A stretch of DNA of 64,000 nucleotides from Candidatus Moraniibacteriota bacterium (GTDB taxonomy: Bacteria; Patescibacteriota; Minisyncoccia; Moranbacterales; UBA1568). The stretch covers positions 2,511 through 66,510 of the forward strand of contig JBPOIB010000008.1 of assembly GCA_052034935.1 (NCBI GenBank), in the 5' to 3' direction. A model generated the notes under the pieces. The model was given only the letters and a program-made list of their open reading frames with translations, was not told the origin of the DNA and ran no database searches. Every line of letters begins with the position of its first letter. The first letter of the stretch is position 1. The translations under genes were made by a program, and so were the position numbers. This document shows positions 18,093 to 27,768 of the stretch, piece by piece.

Positions 18093-19022
18093 ATGTACGA
18101 CTGCATTATCGTTGGTGGCGGGCCGGGCGGAGTGGCGGCGGGTATCTATGCCGCCAGAAAGCAGATGAAAGCACTTTTCATCACCGAAAACTTTCTCAGT
18201 CAATCGGTCGTCTCCGCCTCGATCGAGAACTGGATCGGGACCGTGACGATACCTGGCTGGGAATTCGGTCAGTCGCTCGAGAAGCACCTCCGGGCGCAGG
18301 AGGATCTAGAAATTAAGACGGGCGAACGCGCGACCGAACTCGAAGAGTTGCCGTCCGGTGGCTATGCGCTCGTGACTAACAAGGAACGGTATGAGACGAA
18401 AACCGTTATCATTGCGACTGGCGGCCGGCATCGCCATCTGGATGTCCCAGGAGAAGAAAAATTTGTCGGTAAAGGGGTTGTCTTCTGCTCGACCTGTGAT
18501 GCGCCGTTCTTCAAGCTGAAGAAGGTCGCGGTTATCGGCAGCGGCAATTCGGCGCTCGAGGCAGTCGAGGATTTGATGCCCTATGCAAGCGAGATTATTT
18601 TGATTTCACGGAGTGGCGAGCTCAAGGGTGATAAGGTGACCCAAGAGAAAATTCTTGTTTCACCGAAAGTGAAGGTTATTTATAACGGTGAAACGACGGA
18701 AGTCCTCGGTGATACTCGCCTTGAGGGGCTTCGTTACAAAGATAAGGTGAGTGGCGAAATCAGAGATTTAGTGGTTGACGGCGTTTTTGTGGAAATCGGT
18801 ATGGTACCGAATACTGAGTTCGTGAAGGATATGCTCGAACTTAATGAGCGAGGAGAAATCGTGCTCGATACGCGTAAGGCCTCGACGTCAAAGCCAGGCA
18901 TCTTTGCAACCGGCGATGCGACGGATGCGCCATATAAACAGAACAATATTTCGGCTGGACTCGGCGTGACGGCGGCGCTCGCAGCGTATGATTTCGTTCG
19001 GAAGGGTGGTCAGACCGATTGA
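18093..19022 (+). CDS. Thioredoxin-reductase-like FAD/NAD(P)-dependent disulfide oxidoreductase
   Basis: DCIIVGGGPGG FAD-binding motif, CSTCD redox-active CxxC, AVIGSGNSA NAD(P) site and GDATD motif. Confidence 0.7.
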   Translation: MYDCIIVGGGPGGVAAGIYAARKQMKALFITENFLSQSVVSASIENWIGTVTIPGWEFGQSLEKHLRAQEDLEIKTGERATELEELPSGGYALVTNKERYETKTVIIATGGRHRHLDVPGEEKFVGKGVVFCSTCDAPFFKLKKVAVIGSGNSALEAVEDLMPYASEIILISRSGELKGDKVTQEKILVSPKVKVIYNGETTEVLGDTRLEGLRYKDKVSGEIRDLVVDGVFVEIGMVPNTEFVKDMLELNERGEIVLDTRKASTSKPGIFATGDATDAPYKQNNISAGLGVTAALAAYDFVRKGGQTD

Positions 19023-19065
19023 CAAGACGTCATTTCCTTGCTATACTGGTAAAGTAAAAGAATTG

Positions 19066-19096
19066 AGAGCGGGTGAAAGCCCGTTTTCTTTTTTTA
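19066..19096 (+). terminator. Weak intrinsic terminator (AGAGCGGG-tgaaag-CCCGTTTT + T-tract)
   Basis: Short stem with G-U pairs, then TTTTCTTTTTTT. Confidence 0.4.
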
Positions 19097-19302
19097 CCGT
19101 CTGATCAAAAGAATCAGGTGAAAACAGAATACAAAAATAAAAAGAAACGCGTCACAACGCTTTCAAACCCATGGAATGGGTGTCCCTATTCCAGCCGGCT
19201 AGCGCCAATTGGCCCTGCCGCAAACCACAACACTACCGCCCTCGACATAAACTGCGTGGGCGGTTCATTGTTTTTGGAGTCAAAAGTAAGCACTTTTTCG
19301 GC

Positions 19303-19331
19303 TTGAAAAGAGGGGTCTTTCGCGGTATACT
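19303..19331 (+). promoter_or_regulatory. Sigma70-like promoter, TTGAAA-17-TATACT, upstream of murA
   Basis: Good hexamers with a 17-nt spacer, 8 nt before the murA ATG region. Confidence 0.5.
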
Positions 19332-19338
19332 CGGTTCC

Positions 19339-20601
19339 ATGGACATCTTCCGCATTAGAGGGGGGAAACAACTCACCGGCAGGATTCCGGTCTATGGCCT
19401 GAAGAACGCGGCGACACCAATTATCGCGGCGACACTTCTGTCAAAGGAGCGCTCGGTGCTTGAAAATATCCCTCGAATCGAGGATGTTTTTCGCATGCTC
19501 GAAATCGTGGAAAGCTTAGGGGCAAAAGTCGAGTGGCTCAGCGAGCAAACAGTAGCCATTACGCCGGAAACGATTAGTCCAGCGCGAGTCGATCAAGAGA
19601 AAGTGAAGCGCTTGCGTTCCTCGATTCTTCTCTTGGGTTCACTGTCAGCACGTTTTGACCAGTTTGAACTCCGCCAGCCGGGAGGCTGTGTCATCGGTGC
19701 TCGACCAGTCGATGCGCATATCGATGCGTTGGCGAAACTCGGCGTGCATATTCGCTGTGAAGAAAAAGGCTATGTCATCGATGCTTCAGGTAGAGAAGCG
19801 GGAAAAGTTATTTTGAAAGAGTTCTCCGTAACGGCAACGGAAAATGCCATGATGCTCGCGGCAGCGCTCCCCGGCGAGACGGTGATAAAAATTGCTGCCG
19901 GTGAACCACACGTCATCGACCTTGGGCATTTCTTGGAAAAAATGGGAGCACAGATTTCAGGACTTGGTACCCACACCATCCGAGTGCGAGGCAAGTCAGT
20001 GTTAAGTGGGGCTACGCATGCGATCATACCGGACCATAATGAGGCAGCAACATTTCTTATCTTGGGTGTAGCGACAGGGAGTGAGATTACCGTCGAGCAC
20101 GCTCGGGCAGACGATCTTGATCTCGTCCTAGAAAAACTCAGAGACTTTGGCGCACGGTTCACTATCGTCGGCGATGCCATCACGGTTCACCCAGCTGAAA
20201 AACTTCAGTCGGTAGCTAAGATCATGACACAGCCGTACCCGGGCATTCCTACAGATATCCAAGCGCCACTTGCGGTGCTTGCGACCCAAGCTGAAGGTGA
20301 GACGCTTATTTTCGATACGATGTTTGAGGGACGATTCAACTATGTGCTCGAACTGGAAAAAATGGGAGCGAAACTGTCAGTTCTCAACCCTCACCAGCTC
20401 ATCGTGCATGGACCAACGCCGCTCAAGGGGACGGTGATCAAGAGTTTTGATCTTCGGGCCGGTGTCGCGCTTATCTTAGCGGCGCTTGCCGCTCAAGGCG
20501 AGACAGTGGTCGAGGATGTCTATCAGGTTGATCGTGGCTATGAAGAAATCGAGAAGCGACTATCAGCTGTCGGGGCAGAAATTACTCGCGAGACGCTTTA
20601 A
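19339..20601 (+). CDS. murA: UDP-N-acetylglucosamine 1-carboxyvinyltransferase
   Basis: MDIFRIRGGKQLTG... with EPSP-synthase-fold motifs throughout. Confidence 0.9.
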   Translation: MDIFRIRGGKQLTGRIPVYGLKNAATPIIAATLLSKERSVLENIPRIEDVFRMLEIVESLGAKVEWLSEQTVAITPETISPARVDQEKVKRLRSSILLLGSLSARFDQFELRQPGGCVIGARPVDAHIDALAKLGVHIRCEEKGYVIDASGREAGKVILKEFSVTATENAMMLAAALPGETVIKIAAGEPHVIDLGHFLEKMGAQISGLGTHTIRVRGKSVLSGATHAIIPDHNEAATFLILGVATGSEITVEHARADDLDLVLEKLRDFGARFTIVGDAITVHPAEKLQSVAKIMTQPYPGIPTDIQAPLAVLATQAEGETLIFDTMFEGRFNYVLELEKMGAKLSVLNPHQLIVHGPTPLKGTVIKSFDLRAGVALILAALAAQGETVVEDVYQVDRGYEEIEKRLSAVGAEITRETL

Positions 20602-20610
20602 TCCCTCTCT

Positions 20611-21624
20611 ATGCACTGGCTCATCCGGAAAATTGGAATTGATTTAGGGACGGCGAATACACTCGTGTTCGTCCCGGGTGAGGGGATCGTCATCAATGAG
20701 CCTTCCGTGGTAGCGATTTCTCTTTTTGAAAACAAGGTGCTTGCTGTCGGTAACGAGGCAAAAGAAATGCTCGGCCGGACACCTGATACAATCGTGGCGA
20801 GCCAGCCGCTTCGCGATGGGGCGATCGCTGACTACCGGGTGACCGAGGCGATGCTCAAGTATTTCATCAACCGGGTCATGGGCCGGGTGCGATTCCTGCG
20901 TCCAGAAATTGTGCTGTCGGTACCGGCCGGTATTACTTCCACTGAACGGCGGGCTGTCGTAGATGCGGCGATCAAGGCCGGTGCGAAGGCAGCATATGTT
21001 GTGAAGGAACCAATTCTGGCTGCGATCGGTGCTGGCATCCCGATCCATACGGCACAGGGGAATATGATTATCAATGTCGGCGGCGGGACGTCGGAAATCG
21101 CCATTCTTTCTCTTGGCGGCGTGGTCGCTTCGCACAGTGCCCGGGTCGGCGGCAACAAGATTGATCAGGCAATCAGTGACTATATCAAACGTAAGTACAG
21201 TCTTGCGATCGGCGACCGGACAGCGGAAGAAGTGAAGATTGGTATCGGGTCGGCCATCGCCCAGGTGAAGGAGGATCATATGGAGGTCCGGGGTCGGGAC
21301 CTTATGGGTGGGCTGCCGAAAACGATCACACTTTCCTCGAATGAAGTGACCGAAGCGATTCAAGATGAATTGCGGGAAATCATTAATGTCATCAAGCAGG
21401 TGCTGCAGGAGACGCCGCCGGAGCTTGCAGCTGATATCATGGACAAGGGGATGGTGCTTTCGGGCGGGACGGCGCAGCTTCGTTATCTCGACCAGCTCAT
21501 CGCCAAAACAATCAATGTCCCGTGTTATATCGCGGATGATCCTGCATTCTGTGTCGTGAAAGGTACGGGTATTGTTCTCGAAAATCTCGACACCTACAAG
21601 CGGAGCCTGATGCTCGGCAAGTAG
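20611..21624 (+). CDS. mreB: Rod-shape-determining protein MreB
   Basis: IGIDLGTANT, INVGGGTSE and LSGGTAQL actin-fold motifs. Confidence 0.9.
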   Translation: MHWLIRKIGIDLGTANTLVFVPGEGIVINEPSVVAISLFENKVLAVGNEAKEMLGRTPDTIVASQPLRDGAIADYRVTEAMLKYFINRVMGRVRFLRPEIVLSVPAGITSTERRAVVDAAIKAGAKAAYVVKEPILAAIGAGIPIHTAQGNMIINVGGGTSEIAILSLGGVVASHSARVGGNKIDQAISDYIKRKYSLAIGDRTAEEVKIGIGSAIAQVKEDHMEVRGRDLMGGLPKTITLSSNEVTEAIQDELREIINVIKQVLQETPPELAADIMDKGMVLSGGTAQLRYLDQLIAKTINVPCYIADDPAFCVVKGTGIVLENLDTYKRSLMLGK

Positions 21625-21654
21625 CGACGCCATTTTTCACCTGACTGCTTTTCT

Positions 21655-22764
21655 ATGCGAATCGGTATCGATGCTTCCCGGGCTTTTCTGAAGCGGCGGA
21701 CGGGGATTGAAGAGTATAGCTATCGGGTCATCGAACATCTTCGGGATGAAATTCCGACTGAACAAGTTACGCTCTATGTTCAGAAGAGGCTCGTTTTTGA
21801 AAATGGGCGGCTCCGGTTCGTATGGCCCAGAATAGACTTTGAGATTCCCACGGCGTGGCGAGTAAAAGGGTTGTGGGCGCCACGGTTCTGGACTCAAGCG
21901 AGACTTTCACTTGAAATGCTTATCACTGCTCCTGATGTACTCTTCATCCCAGCGCATACCGTACCCGTGATCCATCCGCGGAAAACGATTGTGACCATTC
22001 ATGGCCTCGAGTACGAGTTTTCACCGGAGAGCTATAGCTTCTGGGAGCGTCTCTATATGCGACTGTCGATCCGCTACTCGGTCTTTGCAGCCAGTCAGAT
22101 CATTGCCGTCTCGGAAAATACGAAGCGAGACCTGATTCGGCTCTATGTCGTCCCGGAAGAAAAGATAAAAGTCCTCTACGAGGGATTCACCAAACCCCTA
22201 TTCGATAATCAGGCTACTGAAAAAAGAGCGACCCCCTACTTTTTCTTTGTTGGCCGCCTTGAGACGCGCAAGAATATCATCCGGGTAATTGAAGCTTTCG
22301 AAGTGTTCAAAACAAAAACTGGTTCGCTACATCAACTGATACTGGCGGGAAAGCCGGGCTATGGCTATGGGGTGATTCAAGAAAAGATTGGAGCCTCAAA
22401 ATATAAAGAAAATATTTGTGAAGTAGGCTATGTAAGTGAAGAAGAAAAGTGGCGACTGCTGAAAAATTCTGAAGCGTTCCTCTTTCCTTCGCTTTATGAA
22501 GGGTTCGGATTGCCAGTTATCGAAGCGCAGAGCGTGGGCGTCCCAGTGATTACTGCAAATACCTCGTCACTGCCAGAAATCGTCGGGGAGGGTGCGATAT
22601 TAGTCAGCCCGCCGAACGTTTCGGCACTAGCAGAAGCGATGGAAGAACTGGTCAAGAATCAAGCGAAAAGGGCTGATATAATAGACAAAGCGACCCGGAA
22701 TGCTGGTCACTTCAGTTGGGCACGTTGCGCTCGGGGGGTGGCCGATCTTCTCGTGGGGTCCTAG
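21655..22764 (+). CDS. GT4-family (GT-B) glycosyltransferase
   Basis: C-terminal [18 protein letters not shown] motif. Confidence 0.8.
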   Translation: MRIGIDASRAFLKRRTGIEEYSYRVIEHLRDEIPTEQVTLYVQKRLVFENGRLRFVWPRIDFEIPTAWRVKGLWAPRFWTQARLSLEMLITAPDVLFIPAHTVPVIHPRKTIVTIHGLEYEFSPESYSFWERLYMRLSIRYSVFAASQIIAVSENTKRDLIRLYVVPEEKIKVLYEGFTKPLFDNQATEKRATPYFFFVGRLETRKNIIRVIEAFEVFKTKTGSLHQLILAGKPGYGYGVIQEKIGASKYKENICEVGYVSEEEKWRLLKNSEAFLFPSLYEGFGLPVIEAQSVGVPVITANTSSLPEIVGEGAILVSPPNVSALAEAMEELVKNQAKRADIIDKATRNAGHFSWARCARGVADLLVGS

Positions 22765-22823
22765 TGACGAGGCTCGTGCTCCCCGAGGACTACACTCACT
22801 GCACATAAATTCAATATTCAGAT

Positions 22824-23933
22824 ATGGTCGAGAATAAGTCTCAAAAAATAGCCTTGGCGCATGATTTCCTTCTTGCGTGGGGCGGAGCGGAGCGGACTTT
22901 CCGGGTCATGGCCGACATGTATCCCGAAGCACCGATTTATACGCTTTTAGCGGACAAGGATTTTGCCGCAAAGCATTTTCCTGGTCGTGAGATTCGGACT
23001 TCATTTCTTCAAAAACTGCCACGCTGGCTCCGCCGGCATCACCGTTTTCTTCTGCCGCTCTACTCGGTCGCGGTTGAAGCAATCGATCTCCGTGATTTTG
23101 ACTTGGTCGTTTCAAGCTCGGGAGCCTGGATGAAGGGGCTCATTACGCGGCTTCATACGCGCCATATCGCCTACCTCCATTCGCCGATGCGCTATGTTTG
23201 GGACAGTCAAGAGCGGTATCTGCGCGAGATTGGGAGAGAGAAAAGCCTCGTTGTCCGGATGATTCTTTCGTATCTTCGGGTTTGGGACCGCCAGTCAGCA
23301 GAGCGCCCCGACCGCTTGATTGTCAATTCTCTGTTCACTCAGAAACGCGTAGAGAAATACTATCGCCGGGATTCGGAAATCATTTCGCCACCAGCTGGCG
23401 TACTCAGTGAGACCGCTGAATTAGATAGTGAGAAGCCGAAGGAATATTTTCTCGTTGTCGCTCGGCTGACTCGATCAAAACGGGTCGACGCTGTGATTGA
23501 AGCATTCAATCGGCTTCAACTCCCGCTTCTTGTTGTTGGGACCGGTCCTGAAGAGCGGTCGCTCAAAGAAATTTCTGGTCCGACTGTCCGCTTCGCTGGA
23601 GCGGTGAGTGATGAAAAACTCGTTGACTGCTACCAGCGAGCACGAGCCGTCATTCAGCCAAGTGAGGAGGACTTCGGTATGGTTATCGCGGAGGCATTCT
23701 CTTTCGGTGTGCCAGCAATCGCTCTGGGGAGCGGAGCGGCAAAAGAATTCATCCAGCCAGGAGTTACGGGCGAACTCTATATCGGGGAAACGGCCGAAAT
23801 GATTGCTGACGGCGTGCGTCGATTTCTCGAACGAGAGGAAAAATACCAGTCATCCGTAATACGCGAGCGAGCGGTGGGATATGATAAAGAGGTTTTTATT
23901 GAGAAAATGCAGTGCTTCATACATGGAAACTAA
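22824..23933 (+). CDS. GT4-family (GT-B) glycosyltransferase
   Basis: C-terminal EEDFGMVIAEAFSFGVPAIA motif. Confidence 0.8.
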   Translation: MVENKSQKIALAHDFLLAWGGAERTFRVMADMYPEAPIYTLLADKDFAAKHFPGREIRTSFLQKLPRWLRRHHRFLLPLYSVAVEAIDLRDFDLVVSSSGAWMKGLITRLHTRHIAYLHSPMRYVWDSQERYLREIGREKSLVVRMILSYLRVWDRQSAERPDRLIVNSLFTQKRVEKYYRRDSEIISPPAGVLSETAELDSEKPKEYFLVVARLTRSKRVDAVIEAFNRLQLPLLVVGTGPEERSLKEISGPTVRFAGAVSDEKLVDCYQRARAVIQPSEEDFGMVIAEAFSFGVPAIALGSGAAKEFIQPGVTGELYIGETAEMIADGVRRFLEREEKYQSSVIRERAVGYDKEVFIEKMQCFIHGN

Positions 23934-24804
23934 GGAATCAGTAGCTATCTGCGGGCATAGTGATGTCCGCGTGTCGCTCGAGCGGATCGCACGAGTAGCG
24001 AATCCTCCCCAGAGCTTCCTTTTTTCTGGGCCGAAGCATCTCGGCAAGTCACTGGTCGCTCGGGAATTTGCTGGAAGATTGATTGGTACGCCCATTTCTC
24101 AAGGTGTTTTCCATCCCGATCTGCTCATCCTCGATGAGGCTCATGATGATTCTGACGATCAGACCGCGGCACTCTCAGTCGAAAAAGTCAGAGAGATGCA
24201 ACTTTTTTTATCCCGTTTTCCAGAGAAAGGCCGTTATCGGGTCGTCTTGATTGATAATGCTGAACGTCTGACAAAATCAGCAGAAAATGCGTTGCTCAAG
24301 GCGCTGGAAGAGCCGAATACATCGTCGGTTATCATCCTCGTCTCAGCCCATCCCGGGAAGCTTCTACCGACTGTCCGTTCACGCCTCTTTCCGGTCGCTT
24401 TTTCTTTGCTCGCGCCCGAAGAGCTGCAGAGATTCTTTCCCCGAGCCGCTCATCTACCAGAATTCTTCTTCTCCCTTGGTCTGCCCGGACTCGTAAAACA
24501 GGCTGTCGACGAGCCTGAAGCATTCGATGTGACGAAGGGACAGCTGAGGGGGCTGTTTCAGCTTTCTCGGCTTTCCTGGGCTGAACGAATCACGCTCGCT
24601 GAGCAGTTGGCTGCAGCGCCTGAGACAATCGAGGATATTCTCGATATCTGGCTCATCGGACTCTCTCGCCGCCAGAATCTATCGGAGAATCGCTCCCGGA
24701 CAGAGGCTCTTTTCCTTGAGAGAGTGATCGAAACGATTGATTTCATATCGAGCCATCAGGGAAATCCCCGACTTTCGATGGAGCGACTTTTCACTTCACT
24801 CTAA
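23923..24804 (+). CDS. holB: DNA polymerase III delta-prime subunit
   Basis: FSGPKHLGKS P-loop-like motif, LIDNAERLT and SRLFPVAF motifs. The start overlaps the previous stop by 11 nt. Confidence 0.7.
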   Translation: METKESVAICGHSDVRVSLERIARVANPPQSFLFSGPKHLGKSLVAREFAGRLIGTPISQGVFHPDLLILDEAHDDSDDQTAALSVEKVREMQLFLSRFPEKGRYRVVLIDNAERLTKSAENALLKALEEPNTSSVIILVSAHPGKLLPTVRSRLFPVAFSLLAPEELQRFFPRAAHLPEFFFSLGLPGLVKQAVDEPEAFDVTKGQLRGLFQLSRLSWAERITLAEQLAAAPETIEDILDIWLIGLSRRQNLSENRSRTEALFLERVIETIDFISSHQGNPRLSMERLFTSL

Positions 24805-24819
24805 ATTCCGAGAACGAAC

Positions 24820-25734
24820 ATGTTTACGCCGAAGAAAAACGATCGTCGAACGATTTTCAAGAAGGCGATGCTCGTGCGCGAGAAGCGGGCTCCGCTCCGC
24901 CGGTCGGTGACTGAAAAAACACCGCTACTTTCGCTGTGGTCGGCCATCTTCTTGTGGTCTTCATTCGGGATCGTCACTGGACATATGCTGTTTTTTTCGC
25001 CGGTTCTTTCGGTAGAAACGGTCGAAGCACGTGGTGAGAGTATTCTCCCGCTTTCTGAATACGAAGAGTTCGTGAGACGATCCATTGAAGGTCGGTATCT
25101 TTCTGTTTTGCCGAAAAACAATTTCTTGCTCGTGCCCGTCCGATCGATTGAAGACGAACTGCGACGTCAGTATCCGAAGCTGTCGCGAGTCTCGGTCCAA
25201 CGGACATTTCCGTCAACGGTTCGTATATTCATCGACGAGGATCCACTTCTTCTGCTCTGGTGCTCCGGCGGACCGTGTTATGGTCTCCGCGACGGCCGGT
25301 CAATAACATTGCCGACAGCTGATGATTCACGTTACGACCAAGTCAGGCTTTCGGTTGTCGATGAGAGTGCGCTCCCAGTGACAGCAGGAGAGAATCTTCC
25401 TGTTAATGACTATCTCTCTAGTTTCAGCTTTTTTTTCCACGAGTTGCCAGCGATTCTGCCGATCCGGGTCAGAAATCAGTCGTCCACTCCGTCGCGTCAC
25501 TCGAACGAGCTCGTATTCTCGACTGATGAAGGATGGCGAATTCACATCGCGACTGATCGGCCGGCTGAATCCAGTCTCCGTTCGCTCCAGCTTTTTCTTG
25601 ATGAATATACCAAGGATCATCCTGATCGGACCAACTTGGCATGGATCGATCTCCGGGTCGAGGGAAAGATTTTCTTTGCTGATAAGAGCGCTCCTTCGGA
25701 AGAAGCTCTTCTGAAAGAAGAGAAAAAAGACTGA
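24820..25734 (+). CDS. ftsQ: FtsQ/DivIB-like cell-division protein (TM + POTRA)
   Basis: N-terminal basic tail, one TM helix and a POTRA-like beta-alpha pattern. Confidence 0.55.
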   Translation: MFTPKKNDRRTIFKKAMLVREKRAPLRRSVTEKTPLLSLWSAIFLWSSFGIVTGHMLFFSPVLSVETVEARGESILPLSEYEEFVRRSIEGRYLSVLPKNNFLLVPVRSIEDELRRQYPKLSRVSVQRTFPSTVRIFIDEDPLLLLWCSGGPCYGLRDGRSITLPTADDSRYDQVRLSVVDESALPVTAGENLPVNDYLSSFSFFFHELPAILPIRVRNQSSTPSRHSNELVFSTDEGWRIHIATDRPAESSLRSLQLFLDEYTKDHPDRTNLAWIDLRVEGKIFFADKSAPSEEALLKEEKKD

Positions 25735-25786
25735 AAAATACCACCGATACGCTAAGCGATCGGAGGTATTTTTTATAGGAGGCGGA

Positions 25787-27727
25787 TTATTCTCCGCTCT
25801 CGAGCTCTTCGGGCGAGATGTAGAAGACGAATATCGAGTCTCCGACGCGGAAGTCAGGCACCCTTCCTTTGAGCCAGGCGTAGGATAGCTCTCCAGGCGC
25901 GAGCGTCTTGTACAGATTTTCCTGTAGAAATCCGATCGAGATGCCATACCAGCCAGCTTCCGGAGGAAGTGTCGAATGCCAACCTTTGTATTTGTCACCA
26001 AGCTGCCATTTTCCGCTCGATCCGCCGAAGTAGTCGACCCGGATTGTGTCAATCGGAATCTCTTTGGGAGTCGTCATCGAACGGAACGGTTCACAGAGCG
26101 GATTGGCGAATTGATTGGCTACGCAGTCATTGTAGTTGTCGACGAAGCCGCGGAGACGCCGCAGGTCCTGTCCCCAGTCGTAGTTCGAGTCGGTAACATA
26201 GCGGTAGCCGTTCGCGTGTCCGCCACCGATCGCATTGAAGTAGGAGAGATAGCTCGGGTAGGAGAGTATCGGAATGGCGATGATCGAGAAGGTTGCGCAA
26301 GAGAGGAGGATGCGAAGAACTCGGTGGGTCGCCGGCTGGTCGCTTGCGCGCTTCAGGATGTCGAAGACAACTTTAGCGACGAGAACATAGATGAAGGGGA
26401 GAATCGGGAAGAGGTGACGATAGCCGATGTTCAGATTGCCAGTAATGCTCACATAGCTGTAGAACAGGATAAAAAACACCATCAGGTACTGAGTGATCCG
26501 CTCTCGGAATGAAGTCATGACCAGACTGATGAGGCTCTCCCCCTCGCGGGTCAGGAGGCGGAGCCAGATGCGGTAGCCGCTGTAGAGTGTCGCCGTCAAG
26601 AGGAGGAAAAGCATCGGGATAGTCTCCTTCAGGACGAAGACAAGCGGGAAGTAGAGCTGGGAGGCAGTTTTCGATACTTCACCGAGGAAGTAGTAGGTAT
26701 TGCCACCGGCGACTCGAGCGAAGACCATGAAGACACCGAGGAAGTATTCGGCGAATGGCTTCATGATTTCCCATTGACTCATGGCGACGACGGTTGTCTC
26801 GGCAAACTGGCCGACAGCCCGAGTATTCGGGAATTGGGCGCGGGCGGTCTCGGCGATCACTTCAGCCGGCATCTGCACTGTGTTGAAGAAATAGAGAATC
26901 CAAATCGCAACAAAGCAGATCGCAACACTGCCCATGTACTTCAGACCGTAAAAGAAAGCATTCTTGAAGCGGGTCTTCCATGCACCGGGAACGGCCTCGA
27001 CGGCCACACAAAATCCGTAGGCAACGGCGAACATACCGAAAATTGGAAACAGGAGCACTGCTGAGAATTTGGCGAGCTGAGCGAGACCGAGGAAGAGTCC
27101 GGACCAGAAAATATTTTTCTTGCTCGGATCCTTGAGGAAACGGACGAAGTAGTAGAAGGAGAAGAAGATAAAGGCGGCGATGCCGATATCGGTCGTGACG
27201 TAGTGACTATGGGCGATGATATTCGGATCGAAGAAGTAAAGGAGAGCGGCGAAGAGTCCGGCGACGGTACCAGCGAGTTCCCTGGTCCAGCGGAAGATGA
27301 AAAAGCCAAGGAGAAGTGAGACGAGGATGAAGGGGAATCGGGCCCAGAATGTGACAAGATTAGCATCATTGCCGTTGAGGTGGAGAATCTTATCGCCGAA
27401 TTCCCACTGGGCCAGTCCCCAGGTGCGCGCGGCTCCCTCGGGAAATTTTGAATGATCGAGCCAGTCGCCGCTTTCCCAGAGTGGATCGGATTTCGGCATC
27501 GCGGGGTCGAGCGGGAGAATGGCCAGTCCGGCGAAATCTTTCAGGAGCGGTGGGTGCTCAGGATTGATGCGCATATCCTGATATTTCACATAGCTATAAC
27601 CGGCAGGAATATGGGCTTTCTCATCCATGGTCGTTGATTCCTGATACGAAACGAGGATGGAAAGCGCAAAAAAGGCGACCATCATGAGAGCGAGGAGTTG
27701 TGGCGCGAGACGTTTGAGATTCTCCAT
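25787..27727 (-). CDS. GT-C fold polytopic glycosyltransferase (PMT/ArnT/GT39-like)
   Basis: MDEKAHIPAGYSY DE-loop after TM1. About 12 or more TM segments. Confidence 0.75.
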   Translation of the reverse strand: MENLKRLAPQLLALMMVAFFALSILVSYQESTTMDEKAHIPAGYSYVKYQDMRINPEHPPLLKDFAGLAILPLDPAMPKSDPLWESGDWLDHSKFPEGAARTWGLAQWEFGDKILHLNGNDANLVTFWARFPFILVSLLLGFFIFRWTRELAGTVAGLFAALLYFFDPNIIAHSHYVTTDIGIAAFIFFSFYYFVRFLKDPSKKNIFWSGLFLGLAQLAKFSAVLLFPIFGMFAVAYGFCVAVEAVPGAWKTRFKNAFFYGLKYMGSVAICFVAIWILYFFNTVQMPAEVIAETARAQFPNTRAVGQFAETTVVAMSQWEIMKPFAEYFLGVFMVFARVAGGNTYYFLGEVSKTASQLYFPLVFVLKETIPMLFLLLTATLYSGYRIWLRLLTREGESLISLVMTSFRERITQYLMVFFILFYSYVSITGNLNIGYRHLFPILPFIYVLVAKVVFDILKRASDQPATHRVLRILLSCATFSIIAIPILSYPSYLSYFNAIGGGHANGYRYVTDSNYDWGQDLRRLRGFVDNYNDCVANQFANPLCEPFRSMTTPKEIPIDTIRVDYFGGSSGKWQLGDKYKGWHSTLPPEAGWYGISIGFLQENLYKTLAPGELSYAWLKGRVPDFRVGDSIFVFYISPEELESGE

Positions 27728-27768
27728 ACGATTTGGTGTGATGAGGATGAATGACGGATTAGTATTGA

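Noticed and set aside
20644-21633. 329-aa - strand ORF.
   Set aside because: Antisense to mreB, whose reading is unambiguous.
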